Below, piece by piece: positions 9,315 through 19,900 of a stretch of DNA of 64,000 nt. Origin of the DNA: Chloroflexota bacterium (GTDB lineage: Bacteria; Chloroflexota; Limnocylindria; Limnocylindrales; CSP1-4); assembly GCA_034667005.1 (NCBI GenBank), contig JAXDKU010000023.1, positions 5,847 through 69,846 of the forward strand. The letters run 5' to 3'. A program made the translations under genes and the position numbers. Numbering within the stretch: the first letter of the stretch is position 1; each line of letters starts with the position of its first letter. Under the pieces are notes generated by a model. The model had not been told where the DNA came from. It did not search any database and was given only the letters and a program-made list of their open reading frames with translations.

Positions 9315-11696
9315 ATGGCGCCGTCGACCGCCGCACGAAACCGTGCCACCACGGCCGCAGCCAGCGCGGCGATCGCGGCCGGCGGCGCCCCCGCGCGTGG
9401 CCGGGCAGGAGCCGCGGTCGCCTCCAAACCCGCCGCACCCGTGGACCTCGACACGCGCCTCGCCGATGCCAGGCTGCCGGGCACCGCTGCCCTCAAGCGC
9501 GCCGGACCGCGGCTCGGGCTGCAATCCGTGCGCGACCTGCTCTTCCACCTGCCGCGGCGCTACGAGGACCTGCGCGAGCTGCGCACCGTCCGACAGTTGG
9601 AAGAGTCCGAGGACGGCGCGATCGTCACCGCCCGCCTCCAGGTCGTGTCCGTCCGGGTCGAGCCCACGTTCCGGCGACGCATCCAGCGGACGCTCGCGAC
9701 GCTGCGCGATGAGACCGGCGAGCTCCAGGCGACCTGGTTCGGGCGCCGGTTCATCGAGCGCCGGCTCCGCGAGGGCGACTGGATCGTTGCCAGCGGCAAG
9801 CTCAAGCGGCGCGGCTGGAGCGTCACGTTGGACAACCCGGAGTTCCAGCCCGAGGACACGGAGCTCCTCCACACCGGCCGGATCGTGCCCGTCTACCGGC
9901 TCACCCAGGGGTTGAGCGCCCGCATCCTGCGCAACGCGATCCGCTCCGCGCTCGACACCGTGCAGCCCTACACCGGCCGCGACTACCTGCCGGCCGAGGT
10001 CCAGGGTGAGCGCATCGCCATCAGCCGTGCCGTGGAAGGGGCGCACTACCCGGAGGACGAGGTCCACCAGCAGCAGGCGCTGGACCGGCTCGCGTTCGAT
10101 GAGCTGCTGGCGCTCCAGATCGGCATGGTGTCCCGCCAGCGGTCGCGCGGCCGGGACCTGAGCGAGCCGATCCCCGTGGAGCCGGCACGCCTCGCGGAGG
10201 CGGTGCGGTCCGTCGAGGCGACCATCGACGCCATCGTCCGGTCGCGCGATCCGGAGGCGCCCGCGGTGGCACTGACCGCGGACCAGCGCCAGGCGGTCGA
10301 GGCGGTCGCTGCGGACCTGGCCTCGGACCGGCCGATGATGCGGCTCCTCCAAGGCGACGTCGGCTCCGGCAAGACCGCGGTGGCGGCGATTGCCATGGCG
10401 CTCGTCGCCGACGCGGGCCGGCAGGCCGCGCTGCTGGCTCCGACGGACCTGCTTGCGCGCCAGCACGCGGTCACGCTGGCCGGTTTTCTCGAGCCGCTCG
10501 GCCACGAGGTGACGCTGCTGACGGGCTCAATGGCGGCGGCCGCGCGGCGAAGCGCCTTGGAGCTGATCGAGGCTCCCGTGGGGACGACCACCTCGGGGAC
10601 CTCCGCGGGGCGGATCGTCATCGGGACCCACGCGCTGGTGCAGGAGTCGGTCCGGTTCGCGGATCTGCGCCTGGCCGTGGTCGACGAGCAGCATCGCTTC
10701 GGCGTGGCGGAGCGGGAGGCGCTGGCGGCCAAGGGCACGGCCCCGCATGTCCTGCTGATGACCGCCACGCCGATCCCGCGCACGCTGGGCCAGATCCTCC
10801 ACGCGGACCTGGACGTGTCCGACCTCCACGCGGCTCCCGTCGGCCGGAAGCCGGTGCGGACCGCGATCCGCCAGCGCACGGAGCTCCTCCGGCACGGCGA
10901 CGGTCCGGGCGTGATCCCGTTCATCGTGGGCCAGGCCGCCGCCGGCCGCCGCACGTTCGTGATCGTGCCGCTCGTCGAGGAGGACGAAACCGGGGGTGCG
11001 ACCAGCGTCGAGCAGGCCGCGCAGCTGCTGCGGGACGGCTGGGCCGAGGCGGCCGGCCTCGCCGGCGCGGCGGAAACGCAGGCGCACATCGAGATCGTGC
11101 ACGGCCAGATGAAGGCCGCCGACCGGGACGAGCGGATGGACCGCTTCCGCCGCGGGGACACGACGGTCCTGGTCGGCACGACGGTCCTGGAGGTCGGCGT
11201 GGACGTGCCCCAGGCGACCGTGATGCTGATCCTCGACGCGGACCGCTTCGGCGTCGCGCAGCTCCACCAGTTGCGCGGTCGCGTCGGGCGCGGCGAGGAC
11301 CAGGCCTACTGCATCCTGGTCTCGTCGCTGTATCCGCGGCGCGGCGCGCGCGGCGGCGAGACCACCGACGAGCAGAAGCTGGTGAAGGCCCGTCTGGATG
11401 CCCTGGTCGAGCATACGGACGGCTTCGTCCTCGCGGACCTGGACTTCGAGCTCCGCGGCGAAGGCGAGATGCTCGGCCTCCAGCAGAGCGGTCTGCCGCC
11501 GCTGCGCGTCGCCTCGCTGTCACGGAAGGATCACCGCGACCTGTCCCGGGAGGCGCGCGTCCACGCCGAGGCACTGGTCGACGAGGCGGGTCGCCTGGCG
11601 CCCGGCCACGCGGCCCTCGAGGCGGAGCTGACCCGGGGCTGGCTCGCGCGCGTCGGTGCGGGCGACGTCCTCGCGCCGGACGAGATCGATGGCTGA
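9315..11696 (+). CDS. recG: ATP-dependent DNA helicase RecG
   Basis: GDVGSGKTAVA, VVDEQHRFG, TATPIPRTL, QLRGRVGRG. ATG 9315 was chosen because it lies just after the yloV stop at 9310. The ORF track's 9267 start overlaps yloV. Confidence 0.92.
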   Translation: MAPSTAARNRATTAAASAAIAAGGAPARGRAGAAVASKPAAPVDLDTRLADARLPGTAALKRAGPRLGLQSVRDLLFHLPRRYEDLRELRTVRQLEESEDGAIVTARLQVVSVRVEPTFRRRIQRTLATLRDETGELQATWFGRRFIERRLREGDWIVASGKLKRRGWSVTLDNPEFQPEDTELLHTGRIVPVYRLTQGLSARILRNAIRSALDTVQPYTGRDYLPAEVQGERIAISRAVEGAHYPEDEVHQQQALDRLAFDELLALQIGMVSRQRSRGRDLSEPIPVEPARLAEAVRSVEATIDAIVRSRDPEAPAVALTADQRQAVEAVAADLASDRPMMRLLQGDVGSGKTAVAAIAMALVADAGRQAALLAPTDLLARQHAVTLAGFLEPLGHEVTLLTGSMAAAARRSALELIEAPVGTTTSGTSAGRIVIGTHALVQESVRFADLRLAVVDEQHRFGVAEREALAAKGTAPHVLLMTATPIPRTLGQILHADLDVSDLHAAPVGRKPVRTAIRQRTELLRHGDGPGVIPFIVGQAAAGRRTFVIVPLVEEDETGGATSVEQAAQLLRDGWAEAAGLAGAAETQAHIEIVHGQMKAADRDERMDRFRRGDTTVLVGTTVLEVGVDVPQATVMLILDADRFGVAQLHQLRGRVGRGEDQAYCILVSSLYPRRGARGGETTDEQKLVKARLDALVEHTDGFVLADLDFELRGEGEMLGLQQSGLPPLRVASLSRKDHRDLSREARVHAEALVDEAGRLAPGHAALEAELTRGWLARVGAGDVLAPDEIDG

Positions 11697-11701
11697 CGCG
11701 C

Positions 11702-12349
11702 ATGCCTGAGGCCGGGCGGGTCATCGCGGGGACGGCGGGCGGCCTGCGGCTCCTGGCGCCCGGGGAGGGGACGCGCCCGCTGTCGGACCGCGTCAAGCAG
11801 TCGCTGTTCGGCGCCCTGGAGTCTGCGATGGGCGACGGCTGGCCGGCGCCGTTCCTGGACCTGTTCGCGGGCAGCGGCGCGGCCGGGATCGAGGCGCTCA
11901 GCCGCGGCGCGCCGTCGGCCGTGTTCGTCGAGCGTGACCCCCGCGCCGCGAAGGTCATCGCGGAGAACCTGCGCCGCACCCACCTGGGCGGGGCGACGAT
12001 CGTGCAGCGCGACGCCCTCGCGTACCTGGGCCTCGGCGCAGAGAACGCGGACCGCTACGAGGGCTTCGGCGCGGTGGTGGTGGATCCGCCCTATGCCGAT
12101 TCGGCCGCGCTGGCCGCCGCGCTCGAGCGGCTCGGCGACCATGCGCTCGGCTGGCTGCGCGATGATGCACTCGTGATTGCCAAGCATTTCTGGCGCGACA
12201 CCGGACCCGATCGCGCCGGCAGCCTGCGCCTCGACCGGGTCAAGCGTTTCGGCGAAACGGCGCTGTCGTTCTACCGCGTGGCGGCCGGCGACGACGAGAC
12301 GGACTCCACGGCGGTCGACCCCAGCGACGACCGAGGCTCCCAGGCATGA
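11702..12349 (+). CDS. rsmD: 16S rRNA (guanine966-N2)-methyltransferase RsmD
   Basis: LDLFAGSGAAGIEALSRGA SAM-binding motif and VVVDPPY. Confidence 0.88.
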   Translation: MPEAGRVIAGTAGGLRLLAPGEGTRPLSDRVKQSLFGALESAMGDGWPAPFLDLFAGSGAAGIEALSRGAPSAVFVERDPRAAKVIAENLRRTHLGGATIVQRDALAYLGLGAENADRYEGFGAVVVDPPYADSAALAAALERLGDHALGWLRDDALVIAKHFWRDTGPDRAGSLRLDRVKRFGETALSFYRVAAGDDETDSTAVDPSDDRGSQA

Positions 12350-12834
12350 ACGTCGCTGTCTACCCCGGCTCCTTCAATCCGATCACGTTCGGCCACCTGG
12401 ACGTCATCGGCCGCGCGGCGGCCGTCTTCGACCGTGTCGTGGTCGGCGTGCTGGTGAACACACGGAAGTCCGTGGCTGCGGACTCGGCCGCTCGCGCGGA
12501 TCTCGTGCGCGAGTCCGTACGCGAGTCGCTGGGCGACGCCGCCTCGAACGTGGAGGTCGTCACCTTCGACGGTCTGACCGTCGACTTCGCCCGGGCACAC
12601 GGCGCCGGGTCCATCGTCCGCGGGTTGCGCGCGATCGGTGACTTCGAGTCCGAGCTCCAGATGGCCCATACGAACCGGAAGCTCGCGCCCGAGGTCGACA
12701 CGATCTTCTTCATGACCGCATTGGAGCACTCCTACATCAGCTCCAGCCTGGTCCGGGAGATCGCCGCGTTCGGCGGCGACGTCAGCGCGATGGTCCCGGC
12801 CGCTGTCATCCGGAGCCTCCGCCCCTCGGTGTAG
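12346..12834 (+). CDS. coaD: Phosphopantetheine adenylyltransferase
   Basis: VYPGSFNPITFGHLDVI. ATGA overlap with rsmD. Confidence 0.93.
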   Translation: MNVAVYPGSFNPITFGHLDVIGRAAAVFDRVVVGVLVNTRKSVAADSAARADLVRESVRESLGDAASNVEVVTFDGLTVDFARAHGAGSIVRGLRAIGDFESELQMAHTNRKLAPEVDTIFFMTALEHSYISSSLVREIAAFGGDVSAMVPAAVIRSLRPSV

Positions 12835-12868
12835 CCGCGAGCGCACTCCCGGCCTCGCACCCCTCGCG

Positions 12869-12874
12869 TACAAT
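12869..12874 (+). promoter_or_regulatory. Candidate -10 box (TACAAT)
   Basis: TACAAT in the coaD-downstream spacer, upstream of the coiled-coil gene. Confidence 0.25.
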
Positions 12875-12978
12875 CTCGCGAGGAGCCTCCTCTGATCGCG
12901 GGCTCGCGGAGGGCCTCTCTCATCGACATCGTTTTCCTCATCGAGCGCCTCGAGGCTCTTCTCGCCAACGGCCGCCGG

Positions 12979-13446
12979 ATGCCCATGACCAACTCCGTCG
13001 TGGTGGACCAGGTGGCCGCGCTCGACCTCATCGACCAGTTGCGCGTCGCCGTGCCCGAGGAGGTCCGCCAGGCCAAGCGCGTCAACGAGGAGACGAGTCG
13101 GCTCGTCGAGCGTGCCCAGGAGGAGGCCGAGCGCATCCTCGGCCGCGCGCAGGAGCAGGCGGCGTTCCTGATCGAGGAGCGTGAGCTGACCCGTGCCGCC
13201 CAGATCCGCTCGGACCAGATCATCGAGGAGGGTCGCGCCGAGGCCGAGGACATTCGCCGCGGCGCCGACACGTACGCCGCCAGCGTGCTGATCAAGCTGG
13301 AGGGCGAGTGCGTGAAGGCCCTCCAGAGCATCCGTCGGGGGCTCGCGTTGCTGGACGACCGGCACGCCACCTCGGACGGCAACGGATCCGGACCCGGAGA
13401 GGGCCTGGAACCCGGTGCCGAGCAGCGCTCCCATGCTCAGCTATAA
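12979..13446 (+). CDS. Coiled-coil protein of unknown function (ATPase subunit b/H-like heptads)
   Basis: Charged helical sequence (EEVRQAKRVNEETSRLVERAQEEAERILGRAQEQ...). First ATG is at 12979, but the protein-like frame continues upstream (LIDIVFLIERLEALLANGRR). The true start may be near 12922. Confidence 0.6.
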   Translation: MPMTNSVVVDQVAALDLIDQLRVAVPEEVRQAKRVNEETSRLVERAQEEAERILGRAQEQAAFLIEERELTRAAQIRSDQIIEEGRAEAEDIRRGADTYAASVLIKLEGECVKALQSIRRGLALLDDRHATSDGNGSGPGEGLEPGAEQRSHAQL

Positions 13447-13972
13447 CGTCGCCGGCCTGCTGCGGGAGTCGCCAGGCACCGTCCGCACGTTCCCGGTCGA
13501 CGTCCCCAAGACCGACCTCGCGATCGCCGAGGACGTGGAGCTGGCCCGCCCGATCGAGGGGGAGATGCGCCTGTCGCGCACGGGGCGCGGGATCCTGGCC
13601 AAGGGCCGCCTCGCCACAGCGCTCGCGGAGACCTGCTCCCGCTGCCTGAACCCCGTCGAGACCCCCATCGCCGTCGACATCGAGCAGGAGGCGCTGCCCT
13701 CGATCGACATCGACACGGGCAAGCCGATCAGCCTCGTGGGCGAGCCGGACGCCATCCAGCTGGACGACCATCACGAGCTGGACCTCGCGCCGGCGGTCCG
13801 CGACGCCATCGCGCTCGCCGAGCCGATCGCGCCGCTGTGCCGGCCGGACTGCCGGGGCCTCTGCCTCGTGTGCGGCGACGACCTCAACGCCGACCCGGCG
13901 CATCACCATGACGAGGACGAGATCGACCCGCGCCTGGCCGGACTGGCTGGCCTGCTCGAGCAGCTGAAATAG
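13415..13972 (+). CDS. yceD: YceD/DUF177 family protein (large-subunit rRNA accumulation)
   Basis: CSRCLNPV...CRPDCRGLCLVCGDDLN Cys pairs. Lies immediately upstream of rpmF as usual. An alternative ATG is at 13433. Confidence 0.85.
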   Translation: MPSSAPMLSYNVAGLLRESPGTVRTFPVDVPKTDLAIAEDVELARPIEGEMRLSRTGRGILAKGRLATALAETCSRCLNPVETPIAVDIEQEALPSIDIDTGKPISLVGEPDAIQLDDHHELDLAPAVRDAIALAEPIAPLCRPDCRGLCLVCGDDLNADPAHHHDEDEIDPRLAGLAGLLEQLK

Positions 13973-14072
13973 GCCCATCGCGTCCGCCTCCACGGTGCGA
14001 GACGTCCCCGCGGCAGCCATCCGCGCCACTCCGCGTACCATCTGAGCCCAACGAACAGGAGAATCACGACCA

Positions 14073-14276
14073 ATGGGAGTTCCCAAGCGCCGGGTGTCGC
14101 ACGCCCGGCAGGGCGATCGCCGCGCCCACCTCGCCCTGACGACGTCGCAGCTCGAAGAGTGCCCGCACTGCCACCTGACCAAGCAGGCGCACCACGCGTG
14201 CCCGAACTGCGGCTGGTACAACGGCCGCGAGGCCGTCCGGATCCGCGTCCGCAAGCCGCAGGAGAGCGGCTCCTGA
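14073..14276 (+). CDS. rpmF: 50S ribosomal protein L32
   Basis: MGVPKRRVSHARQGDRRAH plus a CPHC...CPNC zinc ribbon. Shine-Dalgarno CAGGAGA lies upstream. Confidence 0.93.
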   Translation: MGVPKRRVSHARQGDRRAHLALTTSQLEECPHCHLTKQAHHACPNCGWYNGREAVRIRVRKPQESGS

Positions 14277-14321
14277 GCGTGACCTCCGCCCTCGTTCCCA
14301 CCCGCTGAATCGCGAGGCCGC

Positions 14322-15410
14322 GTGGACGTCCAGTCGCTCGGCCGTGGCACGGATGCCGACCGCATGCGTCCGCGGGTCGCCGTCGACGCCATGGGCGGTG
14401 ATCACGGCGTCGAGGAGGTCGTCGCCGGTGCGCTCGGCTGGGCCAGGGAGCATGACGACGCCGACCTGATCCTGGTCGGCGACGAGGCACGCATTCTCGC
14501 CAGCGCCGGAGGCTCGCTGCCCGCGCACGTCACCATGGTGGCCGCGAGCGAGCTCGTCGCCATGGACGAGGCCGCCGCGTCCGCCGTCCGTCGCAAACGC
14601 GACGCCAGCATCAATGTCTGCATGCGCCTGGTCCGCGAAGGCCGCGCCGACGCCGTCGTCACCGCCGGCCACACGGGTGCGGGCGTGGCCTCCGCGATCC
14701 TGCATCTCGGCCGGCTGCCGGGGGTCGATCGCCCGGCCCTAGCCGTGCAGATGCTCACCGACCGCGGCCCGTTCGTGCTGCTCGACATCGGCGCCACGAC
14801 CGACTCCAGCGGCCTGAACCTTGCCCAGTACGCGCGGATGGGCGCGATCTACGCGGAGAAGGTCCTCAACGTGCGCGACCCCAGCGTGGCGCTCCTCTCG
14901 ATCGGGGAGGAGGGCGGCAAGGGCGAGGTCCGCGTCCAGGAGGCCACGGTCATGCTCGCCTCGAGCGACCTTCGCTTCGTCGGCAACGTGGAGGGCAAGG
15001 ATCTGCCCCACCACCCGGCGGACGTCGTGGTCTGCGACGCGTCCGTCGGCAACGTCACGATCAAGTTCTTCGAGGGCCTCTCGACGGCCATCTTCGACAT
15101 GCTGCGCGCCGAGTTCCGGCGCCTTCCCTGGGGCCCGCTCGGGTACCTCTTCATGCGCCCGGGGATCGGCCGCATCCGGCGGCGGCTCGACTACGAGCGG
15201 CTGGGTGGCGCACCGCTCCTGGGCGTCCGCGGGACGGTGCTGATCACGCATGGTCGCGCTCGGCGGCGAATGATCGGGTTCGCGGTCGGCGTCGGAGTGG
15301 CCGCCGCGCGGGCCCGCATCCCCGATCTGATTGCTGCCGCCCTGGCACCGCCCGCGACGGTCAAGGCCGAGGCTGCGGCCGAGCTCGAGCCCGTCGCCGC
15401 CGAAGGGTGA
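14322..15410 (+). CDS. plsX: Phosphate acyltransferase PlsX
   Basis: VAVDAMGGDHG motif. GTG 14322 is the longest start; ATG 14364 (MRPRVAVDAMGGD) is equally plausible. Confidence 0.9.
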   Translation: MDVQSLGRGTDADRMRPRVAVDAMGGDHGVEEVVAGALGWAREHDDADLILVGDEARILASAGGSLPAHVTMVAASELVAMDEAAASAVRRKRDASINVCMRLVREGRADAVVTAGHTGAGVASAILHLGRLPGVDRPALAVQMLTDRGPFVLLDIGATTDSSGLNLAQYARMGAIYAEKVLNVRDPSVALLSIGEEGGKGEVRVQEATVMLASSDLRFVGNVEGKDLPHHPADVVVCDASVGNVTIKFFEGLSTAIFDMLRAEFRRLPWGPLGYLFMRPGIGRIRRRLDYERLGGAPLLGVRGTVLITHGRARRRMIGFAVGVGVAAARARIPDLIAAALAPPATVKAEAAAELEPVAAEG

Positions 15411-15916
15411 GCGAGCCGCGACACCACGCCGAGCGCGAGGGCCGGCGCCTGGCCCTCGGGGCCATCTTCGAGTCGGACTTCGGCCAGCAGACCTCGATCC
15501 GCGTGCTCGAACGGCGCTTGGAGGAGGAGGGAGCGGCCCCCGAAACGGCCGATCACGCGCGCCGAATCGTCGAGGCGGTCGCTCGCAATCGTGACACGAT
15601 CGACGCCCGGATCGGCGCCGTCGCGCCCGCTTACCCCGTCGTCCAGCTGGCCCGAATCGACCGCGCGCTGTTGCGTTCGGGCATGGGCGAACTGCTACAC
15701 TGCCCGACGACCCCGGCCCGGGTCGCGATAGCGGAATGGGTCGAACTCGCTCGAACGTACAGCGGGGACCCGGCCAGGCGTCTTGTGAACGGCGTGCTCG
15801 GACGGGTTGCCAGGGAATCGGGCGAGGCGAAAGCCCCGCGGCGGCAAGCAGCCGCCTCGGACCATGACCAACAAGGCGACTCGGAACCTATGCAGGACGG
15901 AGGGAGCACGGAGTGA
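15407..15916 (+). CDS. nusB: Transcription antitermination factor NusB
   Basis: [10 protein letters not shown]..., [42 protein letters not shown] align with NusB helices. GTGA overlaps occur at both ends. About 35 aa of polar C-terminal tail. Confidence 0.8.
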   Translation: MSEPRHHAEREGRRLALGAIFESDFGQQTSIRVLERRLEEEGAAPETADHARRIVEAVARNRDTIDARIGAVAPAYPVVQLARIDRALLRSGMGELLHCPTTPARVAIAEWVELARTYSGDPARRLVNGVLGRVARESGEAKAPRRQAAASDHDQQGDSEPMQDGGSTE

Positions 15917-16158
15917 CGGCTACGACGTATGAGCGGCTCAAGAAGATCGTCGTTGAACAGCTCGGCGTGGACGAGGACGAGGTCAAGCCGGAAGCGTCGT
16001 TCGTCGACGATCTGAACGCGGACTCGCTCGATCTCGTCGAGTTGATCATGAGCCTCGAGGAAGAGTTCGGAACCGAGATCTCGGACGAGGACGCCGAGAA
16101 GATCCGGACCGTCCAGGACGCCGCCGACTTCATCGACGAGCACAGCGCCCAGGCGTAG
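15913..16158 (+). CDS. acpP: Acyl carrier protein
   Basis: [22 protein letters not shown] (DSL phosphopantetheine attachment site). Confidence 0.94.
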   Translation: MTATTYERLKKIVVEQLGVDEDEVKPEASFVDDLNADSLDLVELIMSLEEEFGTEISDEDAEKIRTVQDAADFIDEHSAQA

Positions 16159-16195
16159 CGCCGCGGCCTCCGGCTCGGCGAGCCACGGCACGGGC

Positions 16196-16900
16196 GTGGA
16201 GTCGCCCGGACGCCGTCTGGCCGAGCACCTCGGCCTTCCCTTCCGCGACCTCGGGCTGATCGAGCAGGCGCTCACCCACAGCAGCTACGTCAACGAGCAC
16301 CCCGAGGAGCCCGGCGTCGCCAACGAGCGGCTCGAGTTCCTCGGCGACGCCGTCCTGTCGCTGATCGTGTCGGAGGCGCTCATGGAGCGCCACCCCAACG
16401 AGCACGAGGGCCAGCTGACGACCCGGCGCGCGGCCATCGTGTCCGCCAAGGGCCTTTCGGCGATCGCGGCGCGCCTCGATCTCGGCAGCTTCCTGGTCAT
16501 GGGCCAGGGCGCCGCGCGGGCGGCGGAGCACGAGCGCGACTCGGTCCAGGCCTCGGTGTTCGAGGCCGTCGTCGCGGCGGTGTTCCTCGACCTCGGGCTC
16601 GCGAAGGCGCGGCGCTGGGTCCTGAAGGTGTGCGCTCCGGAGCTCGAGGCGACCGGCGGAAGCACCGGGCTCAAGGCTCCCAAGAGCCGGCTACAGGAGC
16701 TGGCGTATCGGACGTCGGGCCACCCGCCGACCTATCACGTCGTCAGCGCCGAGGGCCCGGACCACGACCCGCACTACATCGTGGAGGTGAGCCTGGGCTC
16801 GGACGTGCTGGGCCGCGGGGAGGGCCGCAACCGGCGGATCGCAGAGACCGAGGCTGCGACCGATGCCCTGGGCCGACTCGCCGGGCGCCAGCGTTCGTGA
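16196..16900 (+). CDS. rnc: Ribonuclease III
   Basis: ERLEFLGDAVL signature and a C-terminal dsRBD (RNRRIAETEAA). Confidence 0.93.
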   Translation: MESPGRRLAEHLGLPFRDLGLIEQALTHSSYVNEHPEEPGVANERLEFLGDAVLSLIVSEALMERHPNEHEGQLTTRRAAIVSAKGLSAIAARLDLGSFLVMGQGAARAAEHERDSVQASVFEAVVAAVFLDLGLAKARRWVLKVCAPELEATGGSTGLKAPKSRLQELAYRTSGHPPTYHVVSAEGPDHDPHYIVEVSLGSDVLGRGEGRNRRIAETEAATDALGRLAGRQRS

Positions 16901-19900
16901 GCGAGGCACGCCTCCGCGCGCTGCGAATGGTCGGCTTCAAGTCCTTCGCCGAGAAGACGGTCGTGGAGTTCGGCCCGGGCATCAGCGCCGTCGTGGGGCC
17001 GAACGGCAGCGGCAAGAGCAACCTGGCGGACGCGCTCCGGTGGGCGCTCGGCGAGCAGGGACGCTCGCTTCGCACCCGTCGCGCCGAGGACCTGATCTTC
17101 GCGGGGTCGTCCTCGCGGCGGGCGATCGGCATGGCGGACGTGACCCTGGTGATCGACAACCGGGACCGCCTGCTGCCCGTCGACTACGCCGAGGTCGAGC
17201 TGGGACGCCGGCTCTTCCGCTCCGGCGAGAACGAGTATCTGCTGAACCGCCAGCGCATCCGACTGCGCGATCTCGTGGATCTGCTCGACGAGGCCAACCT
17301 GGCCGACAACGCGTTCCTCTTCATCGGCCAGGGCATGGTCGACCAGGCACTCGCGCTGCGCCCCGAGGAGCGCCGGCCACTCTTCGAAGAAGCGGCGGGC
17401 ATCCGCAAGCACGAGCGGCGGCGCCGCGCGGCCGAGGCCGAGCTGGCCGAGGCGGAGACCAACGTGGAGCGGGTCCGGGACGTCCTGGCCGAGCTGCGGC
17501 CGCAAGCCCGCCGCCTGTCGGCGCAGGCCGAGCAACAGGAGCAGCGACGTAACGCCGGCTCGGAGCTGGCCGAGGCGCTCGTGGCAGCCGGCCGTGCCCG
17601 GCTCGTTGCCGCCGAGCGCGACGCGGAGCGCAACCGTTCGGCGACAGCCGCCGCGCGCACCGAGGCAGATGCGGCCCTCGGGACGCTGCGCGAGAGCGAG
17701 GAAGCCGCACGCGCGCTGACGCGCGACCTGGCGGAGCGATCGGATGCCGAGCGGGGGATCCGTAGCCGTCTCGACGCCGCACGTGCCGCGACGCTTGAAC
17801 AGCGGCTCGCCGAGACCCGCATCGCGACCGAGTCCCAGGGCATCGCACGCGACCGCGCCCGGCTCGACGGCGACCGCACAACCCTCGCCGCGAGCGTCCT
17901 CGACGCGCGCCGCGCCGCGGCGAGCCCGGTCCCCGAGGTGGACGCCGTCGCCGAGTCGGCGCTCAGGGATGCGGAGCGTGCGCTGGAGGCCGCCGTCGCG
18001 GAGATGGAGTCCGTCCGCGCCGGAGACGAGGCCGAGGAGGCGCGCCGCACGCGGATCCTCGAGGCGCGCCGTGCCCAACGCGAGGAGCTGGCCCGCGCCC
18101 GGGATCGGCACACCGAGCTCGCGCGCCGGCTGGAAGAGGTGGAGCGCACGGCGGGAACGGCCGACGCGAAGGGATCGGAGGCCCGCCAGGCTGCCGATGC
18201 CGCATCCGCGCAGGCCCGCGACGCCGCGTCCGAAGAGGGACGTGCCGAATCCGCGGCCGAGGCAGCCCGCGCCGCGGCGTCGGCGGCGGAGGCCGAGCTC
18301 GCGGACCTGGCTGCCCGCCACGCAGCCGCCACGGCCGATCTCGCGGCACTCGACGCACGCATCGAGGGATTGCAGCAGCTGCTCGTGGGAGCCGTCGACG
18401 TCGAGGCGTATCGGAGTGCTCGGCGGCGGGGTGGCCAGCCCATTGCCGAGGGGCTCGACGTCGAGCCCGGCCTCCGGCTGGCGGTCGAGGCGGCGCTCGG
18501 GGATGCGCTGCGTGGACTGGCCGTGGACGCCGCGGCCGCGCTCGCGCTGCGGGACCGGCGCGCGACCTTGCTGTTGCCCGAGGCGCCCGGCCGTGGCGCG
18601 CGGTCTCCGGACCGCGACGCGAGCCGGATCGCCGCGCTCGTCGCGGACGCCGGGGGCGGGCCACTGTCCTCGGCGATCCGCCGCGACCCGGGCGGGCACG
18701 TCACGCGGCTGCTGGCGCGCAGCCTCTGGGTCCCGGACCTGGAAGCGGCACTCGACCTGCGGTCACAACTGCCGCCGGGCTGGCGCCTGGCCACGCGGGA
18801 CGGCGAGCTGGTGAGCGACGAGGGCGTGGTGCGCGTCGGGCCCGCGGCGTCCCAGCTGGTTCGGCAGGACGCGCTCCAGGCGCTCCAGGGCGAGCGTCCC
18901 AGGGCCGCGGAGGGGCTGGAGTCCGTCGCAACGTCGTTGGCCGCCGCGGACGCGGCTCGTGCCGCGTCGGTGGGCGTGATGGACGAGGCGCGGCTGCGGC
19001 TGGATTCCGCGCGGCGAGCTCGCCGGGTCGCGGACGAGGCGGAACGCTCAGCCGCTCGGACCGCCGAGTCGGCCGCGCGCGAGGGTGCCTGGCAGACCGC
19101 CGTGCTGGAGCGGCTCCGCGAGCAGGTCGCCGCCGCGACGGCCGATTTGGCCCGCGCGGAGGCGGCCGAACGTGCGTCAGGCCCTTCGAGTGCCGCGGGC
19201 GCCGCGGACTCCGCTGTTGGTGGCGGCGCGCGCGGGGCGGCGAAGGGCGCCGGGTTCGGCGCCGACGGAGGCGGGATTCCGGAGACGCACGCCGCGGAGC
19301 TGCGGCGGCTGGAAGGACGGGCCACCGAGACGCGGGCCGTGCGCGATCAGCGGGCCGCCGCGCTCGGTGAGCAGCAGCGACGGTGGGCGGCGGCCGACGA
19401 GCGTCGCCGCCGCGCGGAGATCGGTGCGGCCATGGACGAGCGCCGCCTCGCCGGGGTCGAGGCAGAGCTGGAGCGAATCGCCGGCGCCGAGGCGGACCTC
19501 GCCGCGCAGCGGGAACGCGTCGCCTCCATGCTGGCCGCTGCGGCGGCCGAGGAGCAGAGCCTGACCCTCGAGCTCGAGACGCTCCTGGACGCGGGCAGGG
19601 ACCAGCGCGCGCGGCTGGCCTCGGCCGAGGCTGCCGCGGCTTCCGCAAGAGAGCGTCTCCGGACCGCCGAGGCGCGGGGCCGGACGGCGGAGGTCGCCGA
19701 GATGGAGGCGCGGCTGCACGTGGACTCGGCACGCGAGAGCCTGCTCGTCGAGCTGGCGGGCATCGGCGTGGTCGGGCTGTCGGCCCTTCTCGTGAGCGCC
19801 GGCGGCGGCGTGGACGCTCCAGGCGAAGCAGAAGCCGGTGCTGACGCGGGCGCGGGCCGCGGCACGGGGCGCGTCGCAAGCGGCGAGACGGCTCCGTTCG

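Noticed and set aside
7445-9496. The upstream 684 codons of the 748-aa minus-strand ORF ending in rpmB
   Set aside because: Only the final 64 codons encode L28. The rest is antisense to yloV/recG and reads as Arg/Gly/Asp-rich junk.
16774-19325. Very long minus-strand ORFs (641 and 713 aa) and several shorter ones antisense to smc
   Set aside because: Their translations are Arg/Ala/Ser/Pro low-complexity sequence with no motifs. They mirror the GCN/GAG-rich coiled-coil coding of smc, whose own frame carries Walker A/B and signature motifs. This is a classic high-GC antisense artefact.
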